Shown here: positions 40,027 to 49,811 of the stretch, one piece after another
Numbering within the stretch: position 1 is the stretch's first letter
How the letters are laid out: every line of letters begins with the position of its first letter
NCBI GenBank assembly: GCA_022820835.1
Contig: JAJEET010000143.1
Location: forward strand, 9,414 to 73,413
DNA from: Candidatus Poribacteria bacterium
Lineage (GTDB): Bacteria; Poribacteria; WGA-4E; WGA-3G
Direction: 5' to 3'
Length of the DNA: 64,000 bases
Translations under genes and position numbers: made by a program
Notes under the pieces: model-generated
What the model saw: the letters and a program-made list of their open reading frames with translations, nothing else
Told to the model about the DNA's origin: nothing
Databases searched by the model: none

Positions 40027-41004
40027 ATGAAAAAAGCGATTACTATTTTTATGATTATTGCCGTGACCTGCCTATTAACCTGGACGTTCGGGCAATCCGA
40101 TAGCCATGAGCAGCCCGAATCTGCTACCGACGAGAGCCAGGTAATTTTGGCGGAGTACAAATGGAACGGTGAACCGTATCATATCTCGCTGTCGGACTTG
40201 AACGCCGCAATAGCGGAGCTTCCTGTTTACCGTCAGCAGAACTATAAAACCCGAGCGGATAAAGCCGAATACCTCGAAGAACTAATTGAGGAACGGCTCA
40301 AAATACACCGTGCTATTGACGAAGGGTTTGATAAACTTCCCGAACATCTCAAGAAACTCGAAGATTACACGAATCAACTCATGGTCGAGAAACTCACTGA
40401 GATGGAAGTTGATGCGAAGGTGAGCTACAAAGATGAAGACCTTATGGCGCACTATCAGGCGAATCTTGCCGAGTACGTTGAGGATGAAAAGGTCCGCGCA
40501 ACATGTATCACGCTTGATGATGAAGACCTCGCTAATGAGACGCTCGATGCGATTATCGCAGGAAAAAATATCGCTGAAATGGCGAAGGAACTCTCAGAAG
40601 CAGGTAAACTCGCTAACGGTCCCGGCACCAACCAAGATGATCCAGGCAATACCTACTTCTTCACAAAGACCGCTTCACCACGCTGGGAGGAATTCATTGA
40701 GGCTGTCTTTCAACAAGAGGTCGGTGATATGACGGACATTGTCTTTGAAATTGATGTTAACGACGAAACCTTCTATCTCATCTTTCGTAAAGAGGAGCAC
40801 CAACCCGAACGTCAGAAAGAGTTTGAGGAAGTCAGGCGCGATATCGAAAGAACGGTTGAACGGGCAAAGAAACGCGAGCGCATCAATACATGGGTTGCTG
40901 AGATATCTGAAAACGGCAAGTTGAAAACCTATGCTGAAAATATCCCTGAGCCACCGCAGCCAGAAGAAGCAGAGCGTGAAGAATCAGAAGAATCAGAACA
41001 GTAA
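40027..41004 (+). CDS. SurA/PpiD-like periplasmic chaperone paralog with a degenerate parvulin region and acidic C-terminus
   Basis: Signal peptide, SurA_N-like helical segment (ILAEYKWNGEPYHISLSDL ...) and a parvulin-like block. Shares ~35-40% identity over the full length with the next gene. Confidence 0.5.
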   Translation: MKKAITIFMIIAVTCLLTWTFGQSDSHEQPESATDESQVILAEYKWNGEPYHISLSDLNAAIAELPVYRQQNYKTRADKAEYLEELIEERLKIHRAIDEGFDKLPEHLKKLEDYTNQLMVEKLTEMEVDAKVSYKDEDLMAHYQANLAEYVEDEKVRATCITLDDEDLANETLDAIIAGKNIAEMAKELSEAGKLANGPGTNQDDPGNTYFFTKTASPRWEEFIEAVFQQEVGDMTDIVFEIDVNDETFYLIFRKEEHQPERQKEFEEVRRDIERTVERAKKRERINTWVAEISENGKLKTYAENIPEPPQPEEAEREESEESEQ

Positions 41005-41074
41005 CCCATTTCCCGACCTGGAACCCGTACCCCTAACCATACTGTTAGGTCGAAAAAAGGAGTCAGAATTGAAA

Positions 41075-42052
41075 ATGTTCACAGGTATTATCCGATTTAT
41101 AGAAAAAGTAAATTCGGTTGTCCCTTTACTGTTAATCGGGGTTCTTGCGATGCACCCCGTCTTTTACAGCTGCAGTGATAAGGCAATCGGCGCAGATGGC
41201 ACAGTTATCGCTGAATATGAGTGGAACGGCAAACATCGCATCACACTTGAAGAGATGATGCAAGAAATCAGCGAACTCCCAGAATACAAGCAGCGTCAAT
41301 ATCAGGACAAAGAAGGTTTGGAAACCTACATGCTCCTTATGGCGGAGAGTCGTCTAATCCTCGCACTCGCTCGCGATGAGAAGCTCAACGAAGACCCCGA
41401 AATCCTCAAGAAGGTTCAAGACTACCTTCATGAGTTGATGGTCAAGAGAATTACCACTCAAGAAGTCGATGCTAAACTCAGTTTGTCCGAGGCCGACTAC
41501 ATGGCGTACTACGAAGCGCACAAAGAGGAGTACGTCCGTCCTGAGCAAGTTCGGCTTTTGTGTATTACATTGTTAAATAAGGAGCGCGCAGATGAAGTTT
41601 TCGTACAGATCAAAGCCGGTAAAGATATAGCGGAACTTGCACAGGAACTCTCTGATCGTGGTGAACTCGTCGGACCCGGTGCGAATCCTGCCTCCCCCGG
41701 CGATACCGACTACGTCAGCCGAGACACCTATCCGCCAGGAACCGAACCCTTCTTGGATGCAGCATTCGCCGCAGAGATCGGACAGACCCACGACGGCGTG
41801 ATTGAAGTCGAAGTCCAAGGACAGAAATACTATATGATGTTCCGTAAGGACGAGGCGCGTGATGCTTATCAAAAACCGTTGGAGGATGAGGATGTCCGTA
41901 GGAACGTTGAACGGAAAGCAGAACGTGAAAGACGCGATGCACTCATGCAGGAGTGGATCCGCCAACTCCGTGAACGCGCCGAGGTCAAAACGTTTATTGA
42001 CAGGATCCCAGAAGCACAGCCCGAAGAAACGGAAACGGAACCTGAAGAATAA
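41075..42052 (+). CDS. SurA/PpiD-like periplasmic chaperone paralog, second tandem copy
   Basis: Same architecture as 40027-41004 (VIAEYEWNGKHRITLEEM ... parvulin-like ... acidic tail). SD AAAAGGAG lies upstream. Confidence 0.5.
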   Translation: MFTGIIRFIEKVNSVVPLLLIGVLAMHPVFYSCSDKAIGADGTVIAEYEWNGKHRITLEEMMQEISELPEYKQRQYQDKEGLETYMLLMAESRLILALARDEKLNEDPEILKKVQDYLHELMVKRITTQEVDAKLSLSEADYMAYYEAHKEEYVRPEQVRLLCITLLNKERADEVFVQIKAGKDIAELAQELSDRGELVGPGANPASPGDTDYVSRDTYPPGTEPFLDAAFAAEIGQTHDGVIEVEVQGQKYYMMFRKDEARDAYQKPLEDEDVRRNVERKAERERRDALMQEWIRQLRERAEVKTFIDRIPEAQPEETETEPEE

Positions 42053-42056
42053 AAAC

Positions 42057-42135
42057 ACTTACGCAACCCCACTTCGGCGGGGTTTGTAACCCCGCATGGG
42101 TAATCTCAACTGCAAGCGGGGTTTGATGAAGTTTA
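42057..42135. repeat. Intergenic repeat: one full hairpin copy (CACTTACGCAACCCCACTTCGGCGGGGTTTGTAACCCCGC) plus an adjacent half copy (GCAAGCGGGGTTTGA)
   Basis: Same family as the copies at 25221 and 34721. Confidence 0.65.
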
Positions 42136-42312
42136 AATAAATCGGTAATCGTTAGGGATCGCGAGCACAGCGTGCTTCTACGGTAAGAGGTTATTGTATT
42201 ACCGAATTAAATTCTTAAATTTCATTAACCCCGCCTATAGTGAAAACTTAGACCACAAATGTGCGCGCTTTCTTTGACCGCGTATCACCTATACAGTAGG
42301 AGTTTCACACAA

Positions 42313-43605
42313 ATGGTTTACAAGAAAAGTATTCATCTCATTCTAATCGTCTTGTTTGTCGGCATTGGACTCTCAGACCTCCATGCTCGCACTTTTGATA
42401 GGATCATCGCTTATGTCAACGACGACGTTGTAACCAAACGAGAACTTGATGTTTTAGTAAACCAGCGTGCGATGGAACTTCAACAGGTCTATCGTTTCAG
42501 TGAACGCGAGGCACTTAACGAGGCAGAACGACAACGAAGCGAACTCTTGGATAGACTTATCCGGCAAATGTTACTCTTGGAAGCAGCGTTAACCTTAAAA
42601 ATTACCGTCAGTGATGCTGAGGTAGAACAGTACGTCAAAGATTTTAAAGACAGATACAAAATTGAAACCGACGAAGAATTTCAGAAACAGTTGAATCAAG
42701 AAGGGATGACACTCGTCGCATTTCGTGAGCAGTCGGAACGTAATCTCAAAACCGAGAAACTTGTTATGGGAAGAATCGTTCCGAGATTGCAGATTCGAGA
42801 TAAAGAAATCCAAGAATTTTATGAAGAAAATCGGGATCAATTATCAACGAAAGTTGACAAAGTAAATCTACGACATATCTTCGTTGCTTTTAAACCGAAC
42901 GAAGCGGATCTTGATGCCGCTAACGAGAACGTTGCAAAAGCACGTAACGAAATCGAGACCGGCATCGCGAAATTTGAAACAGTGGCAAAGCGTTACGATA
43001 CCTCCCAACAGGCTGGTGCTCTGATAACACCGACAACTGAAGAACTCAATCAGTTTCCAGAAATATTCAAAAATTCACTGACGAATTTGGAAATAGGCAC
43101 TATCAGTGAACCGATTGTCGGAGATAAAGGCCTCTACATCTTTACAGTTGAAGAGCGAACCGATGCCACAACCGCATTTCGCTATTTTATTGTTCCGATA
43201 ATAGTCAGTCCGGAGGCGGTACAAGAGGCACGTGAAAACGCAAACGAAATCTACGCACAGTTGGAAGCCGGTGCAGATTTTAATAAACTGGCACTGACAC
43301 GCTCTGACGATCATGAAACGCGAGAAAACGGGGGCGACCTCGGTGTCAGATTCTTATCCGAACTCAATCCTAAAACGCGAGCGATCATAGAACCGTTGGA
43401 AGCCGGTGCCTACAGCCAACCCTATGAAACCGAGTTAGGTCTCCATATCTTCAAAATTGATCAGCGAAACAGTCCTGAACTCACCGAAATGGAAAAAGCA
43501 CAAATTACCTCACTCCTACGCCAACAGCGATTTCAAGAAGAGTGGGACACATACACCAATAAACTACTTGAAAACGCATACATTAAAATCACTTTGAAAG
43601 AATAA
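42313..43605 (+). CDS. surA: Periplasmic chaperone/peptidyl-prolyl isomerase SurA
   Basis: Signal peptide, SurA N-terminal domain and two parvulin domains (LRHIFV ..., ... GGDLG ... LHIFKI). Encoded immediately upstream of lptD. Confidence 0.75.
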   Translation: MVYKKSIHLILIVLFVGIGLSDLHARTFDRIIAYVNDDVVTKRELDVLVNQRAMELQQVYRFSEREALNEAERQRSELLDRLIRQMLLLEAALTLKITVSDAEVEQYVKDFKDRYKIETDEEFQKQLNQEGMTLVAFREQSERNLKTEKLVMGRIVPRLQIRDKEIQEFYEENRDQLSTKVDKVNLRHIFVAFKPNEADLDAANENVAKARNEIETGIAKFETVAKRYDTSQQAGALITPTTEELNQFPEIFKNSLTNLEIGTISEPIVGDKGLYIFTVEERTDATTAFRYFIVPIIVSPEAVQEARENANEIYAQLEAGADFNKLALTRSDDHETRENGGDLGVRFLSELNPKTRAIIEPLEAGAYSQPYETELGLHIFKIDQRNSPELTEMEKAQITSLLRQQRFQEEWDTYTNKLLENAYIKITLKE

Positions 43606-43612
43606 TAAACCT

Positions 43613-46600
43613 GTGAAAAAGAGCGAATCCTATTTGCCCATCTATCACCGGCACCCATACGATTACACAGTGTATCCCCAGCAGACAGACCTTTCGACAC
43701 GAACCCATAAGCCGCTGATTGCGATTTCTAATCCTGTGTACGCAGTGCTTGCGCTTTTTGTACTTGTCTGCTTCTTATGTCCACTGCAGACGGTGAGGGC
43801 ACAAGACGCGCAACCGTCTGAACCACCTGCAACCGAGGCGACGCCCGCTGAATCCACAGATCAGACGCAAGAGACGGAATCGAGTTCCGAACGGTTGAAC
43901 CCTGAGACTGACACACCGGAGGAAGGGATGGTTATCGGTGACGGCGACGATATGTCTATGGTAGACAATTTTGTTCAGATACATGGTAACGCGCTCATCA
44001 AATTTGAGGATGTCATCTTGCGGGCAGATCACGTCTGGGCTGATTTCGATGATAATCTAATGCGGGCATCCGGGAACGTCCATCTTATTGTCGGCGACGA
44101 AGAAACCTATTCCGATGAACTCATCTTTAACCTCGAAAACAAAAAAGGGATTGCCAGAAACGGTTTTACCTACAGCGATCCGTGGTACTTCGGAGGGAGT
44201 GAAATCTTTAAAATTGAGGACGACCGCTCCTACATCCGAGGTGGAACCCTAACAACCTGTTCACTGGAACATCCGCACTACTATTTCAGTGTTTCAGAGG
44301 TTATCGTTCGAGTGAATCAGGAGATGATCGCGAAAAACATCGTTTTGCATATCGGCGGGTTTCCGCTCTTTTACTTTCCGGCGATCCGGCGGGACCTCCG
44401 TAAAGGAAAAGTCGCGAAAATTATCGTTAAACTCGGAACCGATAGTTACCAAGGTCCTTACATCAGTATTATCCAACCGATCGCTCGGAAACGCCGCTAT
44501 GACGGCGCATTGCTTTACGATAGAAGTGCTAGACGTGGACAAGGCTACGGTTTTGAAGGAAAGTATCGATTCTTAGATACCAAATTCCAAGAAATTTATA
44601 TTCCTCTTCCAGAAGACGCAACACCGAACCAGCGCACGAAACTCGAAGAAAAGGCAAAGGAATTACAGGATCGACTTGACGGTGAATATGACCGTTATTG
44701 GTTGAAGCAGATCTTTATTGAATATAAAATTACTGAAGACGATATCAACCGTGCGAAAGAGAGTGCCGATACACTCTTCAAGCAGCTCCAAGAAGAAGGC
44801 GAAGATTTTGCACAACTCGCACAGCGCAGTTCCGACCATTCGGATACCCGATATGATGGCGGCGACCTCGGATTCCTCGCACGCGGTGAAACCGACGAGG
44901 ATGGCAACCCTAAACTTGATCCCATCCTAGAGGCGGCAGCCTTCGCACTACAAGAAGGTGAGATGAGCCCCGTTATTCAAACCGAATCCGCATTCCATAT
45001 CCTCAAAGCAGAGCAGGTTATTGACATCTACGGTGAACGAGAGATTAGACTGCGCAGAATTGATGTCGCCATTACCGCAAGTAATGATACAAAGGACGCA
45101 CTCCGTGTTTTAGCAGATGATATGCTCAAACGTGGACAAGAAGGCGAACCTTTTGAACAACTTGTACAAATATCCTCGGATATAGTGAAAGACTTTCCAG
45201 ACGAATTCGCTAATGTCGTACAACCGACGTTATCCGAAGTCAATGACGGAAATGGGTTGCCATTAAATGAGATGGAATCCTCGTGGCAATCGTCTGTCAG
45301 ACGCTTAGAGAAACCTGGAGACATCACCGAACGCAGACCTATCACGATGCCTGAAGGACTCTACATCTTCCAACTCATCAAAAAAGAAGAGACACCCACT
45401 TTTGAAGAAATCGCTGAGCAATTTGAAGCAGAATGGGAGACATTTTACGAAGGTGTAATGAACCCGGAACCGGAAGACACTGAAACAGAAACAGAAACCG
45501 ATGCGGATGCTGAAAATCAGACACAAGACACGCAATCCGAAGGTGCAAAAACAGAAACGGAAATCAGTGAGGAGGCTAAGGGGACAGCACAAGACGTACA
45601 ACCTGAAGAAGCCGAGAGCGCACCCGCAGTAGAAGAACCTGTCCAAGACCCCGATACGCCTGTCGAACAAGCACCGGCGACTGCTGATATTGAGGACACA
45701 CAGGATGCTGAACAACGCCAAACGGAGGAGAACGTACAGAACGGCAGCGACCCAGATCAAAGCGATGCCACCGAGGACAGCGTATCTGCCGACGAGGACC
45801 CAGAAGCCGAAGAAGAACTCGAAATCTATCGGAAACATGGATTTCGCGGTCGGTGGGAAGACCCGGCTCCAGTGTCATCAGAGGCAAATAGCCTATACGC
45901 TGGCGAAATAAGCAGGCGACCCATACGCACCAAAAAATCAATCCGCCTCATCAAAGTGGACAGGAAGCGCACCTTTCGCGGTGAACTCAACTTCTACGGT
46001 AAAGACCTCTATACCGCGCAGCGGCAGAGTGCTATCCGCACCGGGAACAACTATATAATGCGGTGGGGACATACACATTCTATCTACACACCGTGGGACA
46101 ACCGCCAAGAAGGACGGCGCCCCATCAGTTTCACTGGTAGAACCGAACTCCGGGCTGAAACTTACAAGGAAGAGTATAAACTACCCAACGAAGCCACTCT
46201 TAACTCTTTCGCGCTACTCACTTACGGAACGGGGTTATCGACTTATGATCTTGAAGACCGGGACGAGAACGGAAATCTGAAGTTTTCGCGAGAAACCATC
46301 GGCGACATCGCAAGCCGACTTGAAATCCGACATATCCACGACTTTACCGGCGAAGGCACGAGATCGCTACAGAAACTGCCACGATTAACCCTAAACTTTT
46401 CACGGATGCGCCTCAGTTCGCTCCCGTTTTTTGAGTCCCTCAATAACCAGATGGTAACGGTTTCTGAGAAACTCCAAACGGACAAACCGTTCCTTTCAAT
46501 GCTCGCCTTTCCGACGCTCGAAAGCGCAAGTTTTGACCTTGATATTGAACTCGGCAACTTCTATAGAGACACATTTCGCAACAAAGAAGGCATTACGGAG

Positions 46601-47653
46601 AGAAATGTCGCCCTAAAAACCATGGACCTCGGTTTCGATATCCGTAAACAGTCAACCCTCCTTATGACACCGTTGCGAGAACTGCAACTTAACCTCAACC
46701 TCAACACAAACATGATTTGGCACGACCGAGACCAGGATCTGAACAAGAACATTTTTAGAGGCGTTTTCAGTTTCAACGGGTCTGCTTCAAATACACTTTT
46801 TCGGATTTACAATGTTAGTTTTATACCCGGTTTACGGAAACTGCGGCACGAACTGCAATCCACGCTCCGATATGATTATCAGCCTGCGGTTGATAAAAAC
46901 GATAACCTTTATCCTTTCGGACCCAGCACGTATTTCTACGAGCGGAAGCGGCTTAGTTACAACTTTAATACAGCGATTGAAATCAAAACGAGGCGGAGCC
47001 AATCGGCGCACCGTGTGTTTTATCTTAATACGCGACTCACTGCCGATTTCACGGAATTCGACCCGTTATATGAACGTCAATTTGAACCGATTGAAAGCGA
47101 TTTCACAATCGTTCCGCTCCCGAGCCGAAGCCTGAACATGACAATCCGAACCACACATGACCCGAACCCGCACCCCGTTGATGGAAAACAGTTCAAGATG
47201 GTCGGCTTCCGTTCCAACATCCGCTACACGCGACAGACGTGGAACGTCAGCATCGGGAGTTCTTTTAGTAAACGCCATACTGCAAGACGCGCGTCCCGTT
47301 CTATTACCGCCAATGGACGCTACCGAGTCAGCCGGAATCTGTCGTTCGATGCCAATGTCATCTATTATCCGATTGATGGGCAGTTCTATCAGCAGCGTTT
47401 GAGTATGACGCGGAACCTACACGATTGGAACCTTCGACTCTCTTGGAGCCGTATCGGTATCAAACGCGACCCGCCTTATGACAACGTTCGTCAAGACTTC
47501 ACGTTCCAAGTGAACCTGATCCAAGAACCCGCAATCTCAATGGGTGTCGGCTATGACGCAACCACCGAAACATGGGGAATCCGTACCTTGCCAGCTGGCG
47601 TGCCATATAACGCATTCGGAGCCGGTAATTCACTCGGCAGGTCTTACTTCTAA
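43613..47653 (+). CDS. lptD: LPS-assembly protein LptD (OstA), enlarged by embedded parvulin-like segments and a long acidic low-complexity insert
   Basis: OstA N-terminal beta-jellyroll (LTTCSLEHPHYYFS), C-terminal LptD barrel region, internal ...DGGDLGFLARGE... and AFHILKA parvulin hallmarks, and a D/E/T/Q-rich stretch at ~45420-45830. 1346 aa. Confidence 0.75.
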   Translation: MKKSESYLPIYHRHPYDYTVYPQQTDLSTRTHKPLIAISNPVYAVLALFVLVCFLCPLQTVRAQDAQPSEPPATEATPAESTDQTQETESSSERLNPETDTPEEGMVIGDGDDMSMVDNFVQIHGNALIKFEDVILRADHVWADFDDNLMRASGNVHLIVGDEETYSDELIFNLENKKGIARNGFTYSDPWYFGGSEIFKIEDDRSYIRGGTLTTCSLEHPHYYFSVSEVIVRVNQEMIAKNIVLHIGGFPLFYFPAIRRDLRKGKVAKIIVKLGTDSYQGPYISIIQPIARKRRYDGALLYDRSARRGQGYGFEGKYRFLDTKFQEIYIPLPEDATPNQRTKLEEKAKELQDRLDGEYDRYWLKQIFIEYKITEDDINRAKESADTLFKQLQEEGEDFAQLAQRSSDHSDTRYDGGDLGFLARGETDEDGNPKLDPILEAAAFALQEGEMSPVIQTESAFHILKAEQVIDIYGEREIRLRRIDVAITASNDTKDALRVLADDMLKRGQEGEPFEQLVQISSDIVKDFPDEFANVVQPTLSEVNDGNGLPLNEMESSWQSSVRRLEKPGDITERRPITMPEGLYIFQLIKKEETPTFEEIAEQFEAEWETFYEGVMNPEPEDTETETETDADAENQTQDTQSEGAKTETEISEEAKGTAQDVQPEEAESAPAVEEPVQDPDTPVEQAPATADIEDTQDAEQRQTEENVQNGSDPDQSDATEDSVSADEDPEAEEELEIYRKHGFRGRWEDPAPVSSEANSLYAGEISRRPIRTKKSIRLIKVDRKRTFRGELNFYGKDLYTAQRQSAIRTGNNYIMRWGHTHSIYTPWDNRQEGRRPISFTGRTELRAETYKEEYKLPNEATLNSFALLTYGTGLSTYDLEDRDENGNLKFSRETIGDIASRLEIRHIHDFTGEGTRSLQKLPRLTLNFSRMRLSSLPFFESLNNQMVTVSEKLQTDKPFLSMLAFPTLESASFDLDIELGNFYRDTFRNKEGITERNVALKTMDLGFDIRKQSTLLMTPLRELQLNLNLNTNMIWHDRDQDLNKNIFRGVFSFNGSASNTLFRIYNVSFIPGLRKLRHELQSTLRYDYQPAVDKNDNLYPFGPSTYFYERKRLSYNFNTAIEIKTRRSQSAHRVFYLNTRLTADFTEFDPLYERQFEPIESDFTIVPLPSRSLNMTIRTTHDPNPHPVDGKQFKMVGFRSNIRYTRQTWNVSIGSSFSKRHTARRASRSITANGRYRVSRNLSFDANVIYYPIDGQFYQQRLSMTRNLHDWNLRLSWSRIGIKRDPPYDNVRQDFTFQVNLIQEPAISMGVGYDATTETWGIRTLPAGVPYNAFGAGNSLGRSYF

Positions 47654-47682
47654 CACCGTTAAGACTTATGCGTTCCGACTTG

Positions 47683-47729
47683 AACGCATCGCTGAAAATG
47701 TTGCAAAGATTTTGGAGGATACGGTATAA
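47683..47729 (+). pseudogene. Remnant of the 3' end of an hsdM gene (encodes ...[16 protein letters not shown]), duplicated at 51331-51377
   Basis: About 50 nt nearly identical to the 3' end of hsdM (49812..51377), including the stop and the downstream TATAATG. Confidence 0.55.
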
Positions 47730-47747
47730 TGTGAGAGAGGTAGAATC

Positions 47748-48104
47748 GTGAAGGATAAAATAAAAGATGTGCAATGGGTCGGAGATTCTCGGGAACAGGT
47801 ACAGCGTTTCCCCAAACCTGCAAGAAGAACAGTAGGACAAGCACTTAATGCTGCTCAATCCGGTTTTAAACATATGGATGCCAAACCGTTACGAGGAGTG
47901 GGTCCGGGTGTATTAGAAATTATTGCCCGTTACGATACAAACACATATCGCGCTGTTTATACTGTCAAACTTGGTGAAAACATCTATGTACTTCACGCAT
48001 TTCAGAAGAAATCCACCCGCGGCATTAGTACACCCAAAAAAGAAATGGACTTGATTAAGCATCGCCTGAAAATGGCGCAAGAGATGGAGGCAAAAAATGA
48101 GTGA
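47748..48104 (+). CDS. higB: Type II toxin HigB (Gp49-like, RelE/ParE superfamily)
   Basis: IYVLHAFQKKS ... motif family. Overlaps the downstream HTH antitoxin by 8 nt. Confidence 0.7.
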   Translation: MKDKIKDVQWVGDSREQVQRFPKPARRTVGQALNAAQSGFKHMDAKPLRGVGPGVLEIIARYDTNTYRAVYTVKLGENIYVLHAFQKKSTRGISTPKKEMDLIKHRLKMAQEMEAKNE

Positions 48105-48423
48105 AGAAATCAAAATTGAGGAGAGCTCTGGCAATGTATTTCTGGACATCGGTTTCTCCAAAGTTGAGGCTGAACGTGAACAGTTAAGAGTGGATCTCGT
48201 GATTAAAATTCATCGCCTCCTCAAGGAGCTAAAACTAACCCCGGCAGAAGCAGAGACTCGCTTTGGAATTGATCCGTCTGATGTATCCCGAATACAGAAC
48301 GGAGATTTTGACTTTAATGTAGACAAACTGTTTGCGATCCTAAGCCAGTTGAACCGCAATGTTGAAATTCGTATTACACCTTCAGACGAAAAAGGTGGAC
48401 ACCTACGAGTCATTGCTTCATAG
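48097..48423 (+). CDS. higA: HigA-like antitoxin (XRE-family helix-turn-helix)
   Basis: Paired with higB. HTH region LTPAEAETRFGIDPSDVSRIQNG. Confidence 0.7.
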   Translation: MSEEIKIEESSGNVFLDIGFSKVEAEREQLRVDLVIKIHRLLKELKLTPAEAETRFGIDPSDVSRIQNGDFDFNVDKLFAILSQLNRNVEIRITPSDEKGGHLRVIAS

Positions 48424-48458
48424 CGATACCTCCTTCGCTTTAGAAAAGGAAGGCTTTG

Positions 48459-49232
48459 ATGGTCCTTAAAGATCGCGTTTGTATTGTAACCGGCGGGAGT
48501 TCAGGCATCGGGCGCGGTATTGCACTCGAGTTTGCCCGTGAAGGCGCGCGTATCGCTATTGTAGATAAACGAGCGTCACCCCTTCGCGGCAAATATCACG
48601 AAACCGATGTCACAACGCCAACTGTCTCCGAAATCGAAAAACTCGGCGCACAAGGCGTATTCCTACAAACTGATGTCGCCGACGAAACACAAATCGCAAA
48701 CGCAATTCAGCAGACCGTCGAACATTTCGGTGGACTCGATATTCTCGTCAATAACGCCGGCATCCATATCCCCGGCGGTTCACAAGAAATCTCAATCGCC
48801 GATTGGGATAGTGTTGTCGGTGTTAACCTCCGTGGCGTTTTCATGTCCACGAAACTTGCGATCCCACATCTGAAACAGTCTAAATTTGGTCGGATTATCC
48901 AGATCGCCTCTGTTCATGCTTATGGGGGTGGTGCAGGGCCCGCGTATGCCCCCGCGAAAGCCGCTGTCGTCAACATGGTGCGAGATACCGCGTTAGAGAT
49001 CGGACAGGACGGGATAACCGTCAACGCCATCTGTCCCGGTTATATTGAAACAGCCATCCAAGATTACCTCACACCAGAACAGATTGACGAGGCACTCGAA
49101 AAAACCGCATTGCCGCGTTTCGGTCTACCGAGCGACATCGGACGTGCCGCTGTCTTTCTCGCCTCGGACGACGCAGAATGGATCACCGGTGCCTCCCTCC
49201 TCGTTGATGGCGGATTCGCCGCAGGTGTATAA
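48459..49232 (+). CDS. SDR-family NAD(P)-dependent oxidoreductase
   Basis: TGGSSGIGRG Rossmann motif, NNAG, catalytic Y..xK (YAPAK). Confidence 0.8.
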   Translation: MVLKDRVCIVTGGSSGIGRGIALEFAREGARIAIVDKRASPLRGKYHETDVTTPTVSEIEKLGAQGVFLQTDVADETQIANAIQQTVEHFGGLDILVNNAGIHIPGGSQEISIADWDSVVGVNLRGVFMSTKLAIPHLKQSKFGRIIQIASVHAYGGGAGPAYAPAKAAVVNMVRDTALEIGQDGITVNAICPGYIETAIQDYLTPEQIDEALEKTALPRFGLPSDIGRAAVFLASDDAEWITGASLLVDGGFAAGV

Positions 49233-49248
49233 ACAAACCATTTACAAT

Positions 49249-49794
49249 ATGCCAAACAAAACCCACACCACAGCCGTTGTTCTTATTCCGCCAGAAACCG
49301 TGCAGCCACCCATCCAAACCATCCGGCAGATTCACGACCGGAACTTCAGACGGTGGATGCCACACATAACGCTGCTCTATCCATTCGCGGAACGTCAACA
49401 TTTCGCTGCGATTACGCGAGCACTCGCAAAAGCAGCGAAACAGGTCTCCCCGTTTTCCATCCGACTTACACGTTTTGACGCATTCAAACACCGTAAATCG
49501 TGTACGATGTTCTTGATACCGGAACCCGAAGACGAAATTGTGCGATTACACAGCGTCCTGTTGCAACACCTTCCCGACTACGATGATACAGCCAGATTTG
49601 CTGGCGGATTCCACCCGCACCTCTCCGTCGGACAATTCCAGCACCGTTCTCTCCACACCGAACAGCAGCGACTCCAAACCGAATGGCAACCGATACAGTG
49701 TGAACTTGCACACCTCAGTCTCATCTATCGCTCACCTGAAACAGATGACCGATTCGTCGTTGCAGAACAATTCCCATTTCAGACAAGGAGTTAA
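49249..49794 (+). CDS. 2H-phosphoesterase (LigT / 2'-5' RNA ligase-like)
   Basis: Two H-x-T/S-x motifs (HITL and HLSV) with appropriate spacing. Start set at the internal ATG after the SDR stop. Confidence 0.6.
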   Translation: MPNKTHTTAVVLIPPETVQPPIQTIRQIHDRNFRRWMPHITLLYPFAERQHFAAITRALAKAAKQVSPFSIRLTRFDAFKHRKSCTMFLIPEPEDEIVRLHSVLLQHLPDYDDTARFAGGFHPHLSVGQFQHRSLHTEQQRLQTEWQPIQCELAHLSLIYRSPETDDRFVVAEQFPFQTRS

Positions 49795-49811
49795 CGCGGG
49801 AAACAGACATT

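Noticed and set aside
45305-45941. Antisense ORFs of 121-177 aa inside lptD (for example 45305..45838 on the minus strand)
   Set aside because: They lie within the low-complexity acidic region of lptD, where repetitive GA-rich codons leave the opposite strand open by chance. No start context or conservation supports them.
47544-47729. 61-aa ORF spanning the end of lptD and the hsdM remnant
   Set aside because: It reads through the lptD 3' end in another frame. Only the last ~16 codons carry meaning (the hsdM tail), so it is treated as a remnant rather than a gene.
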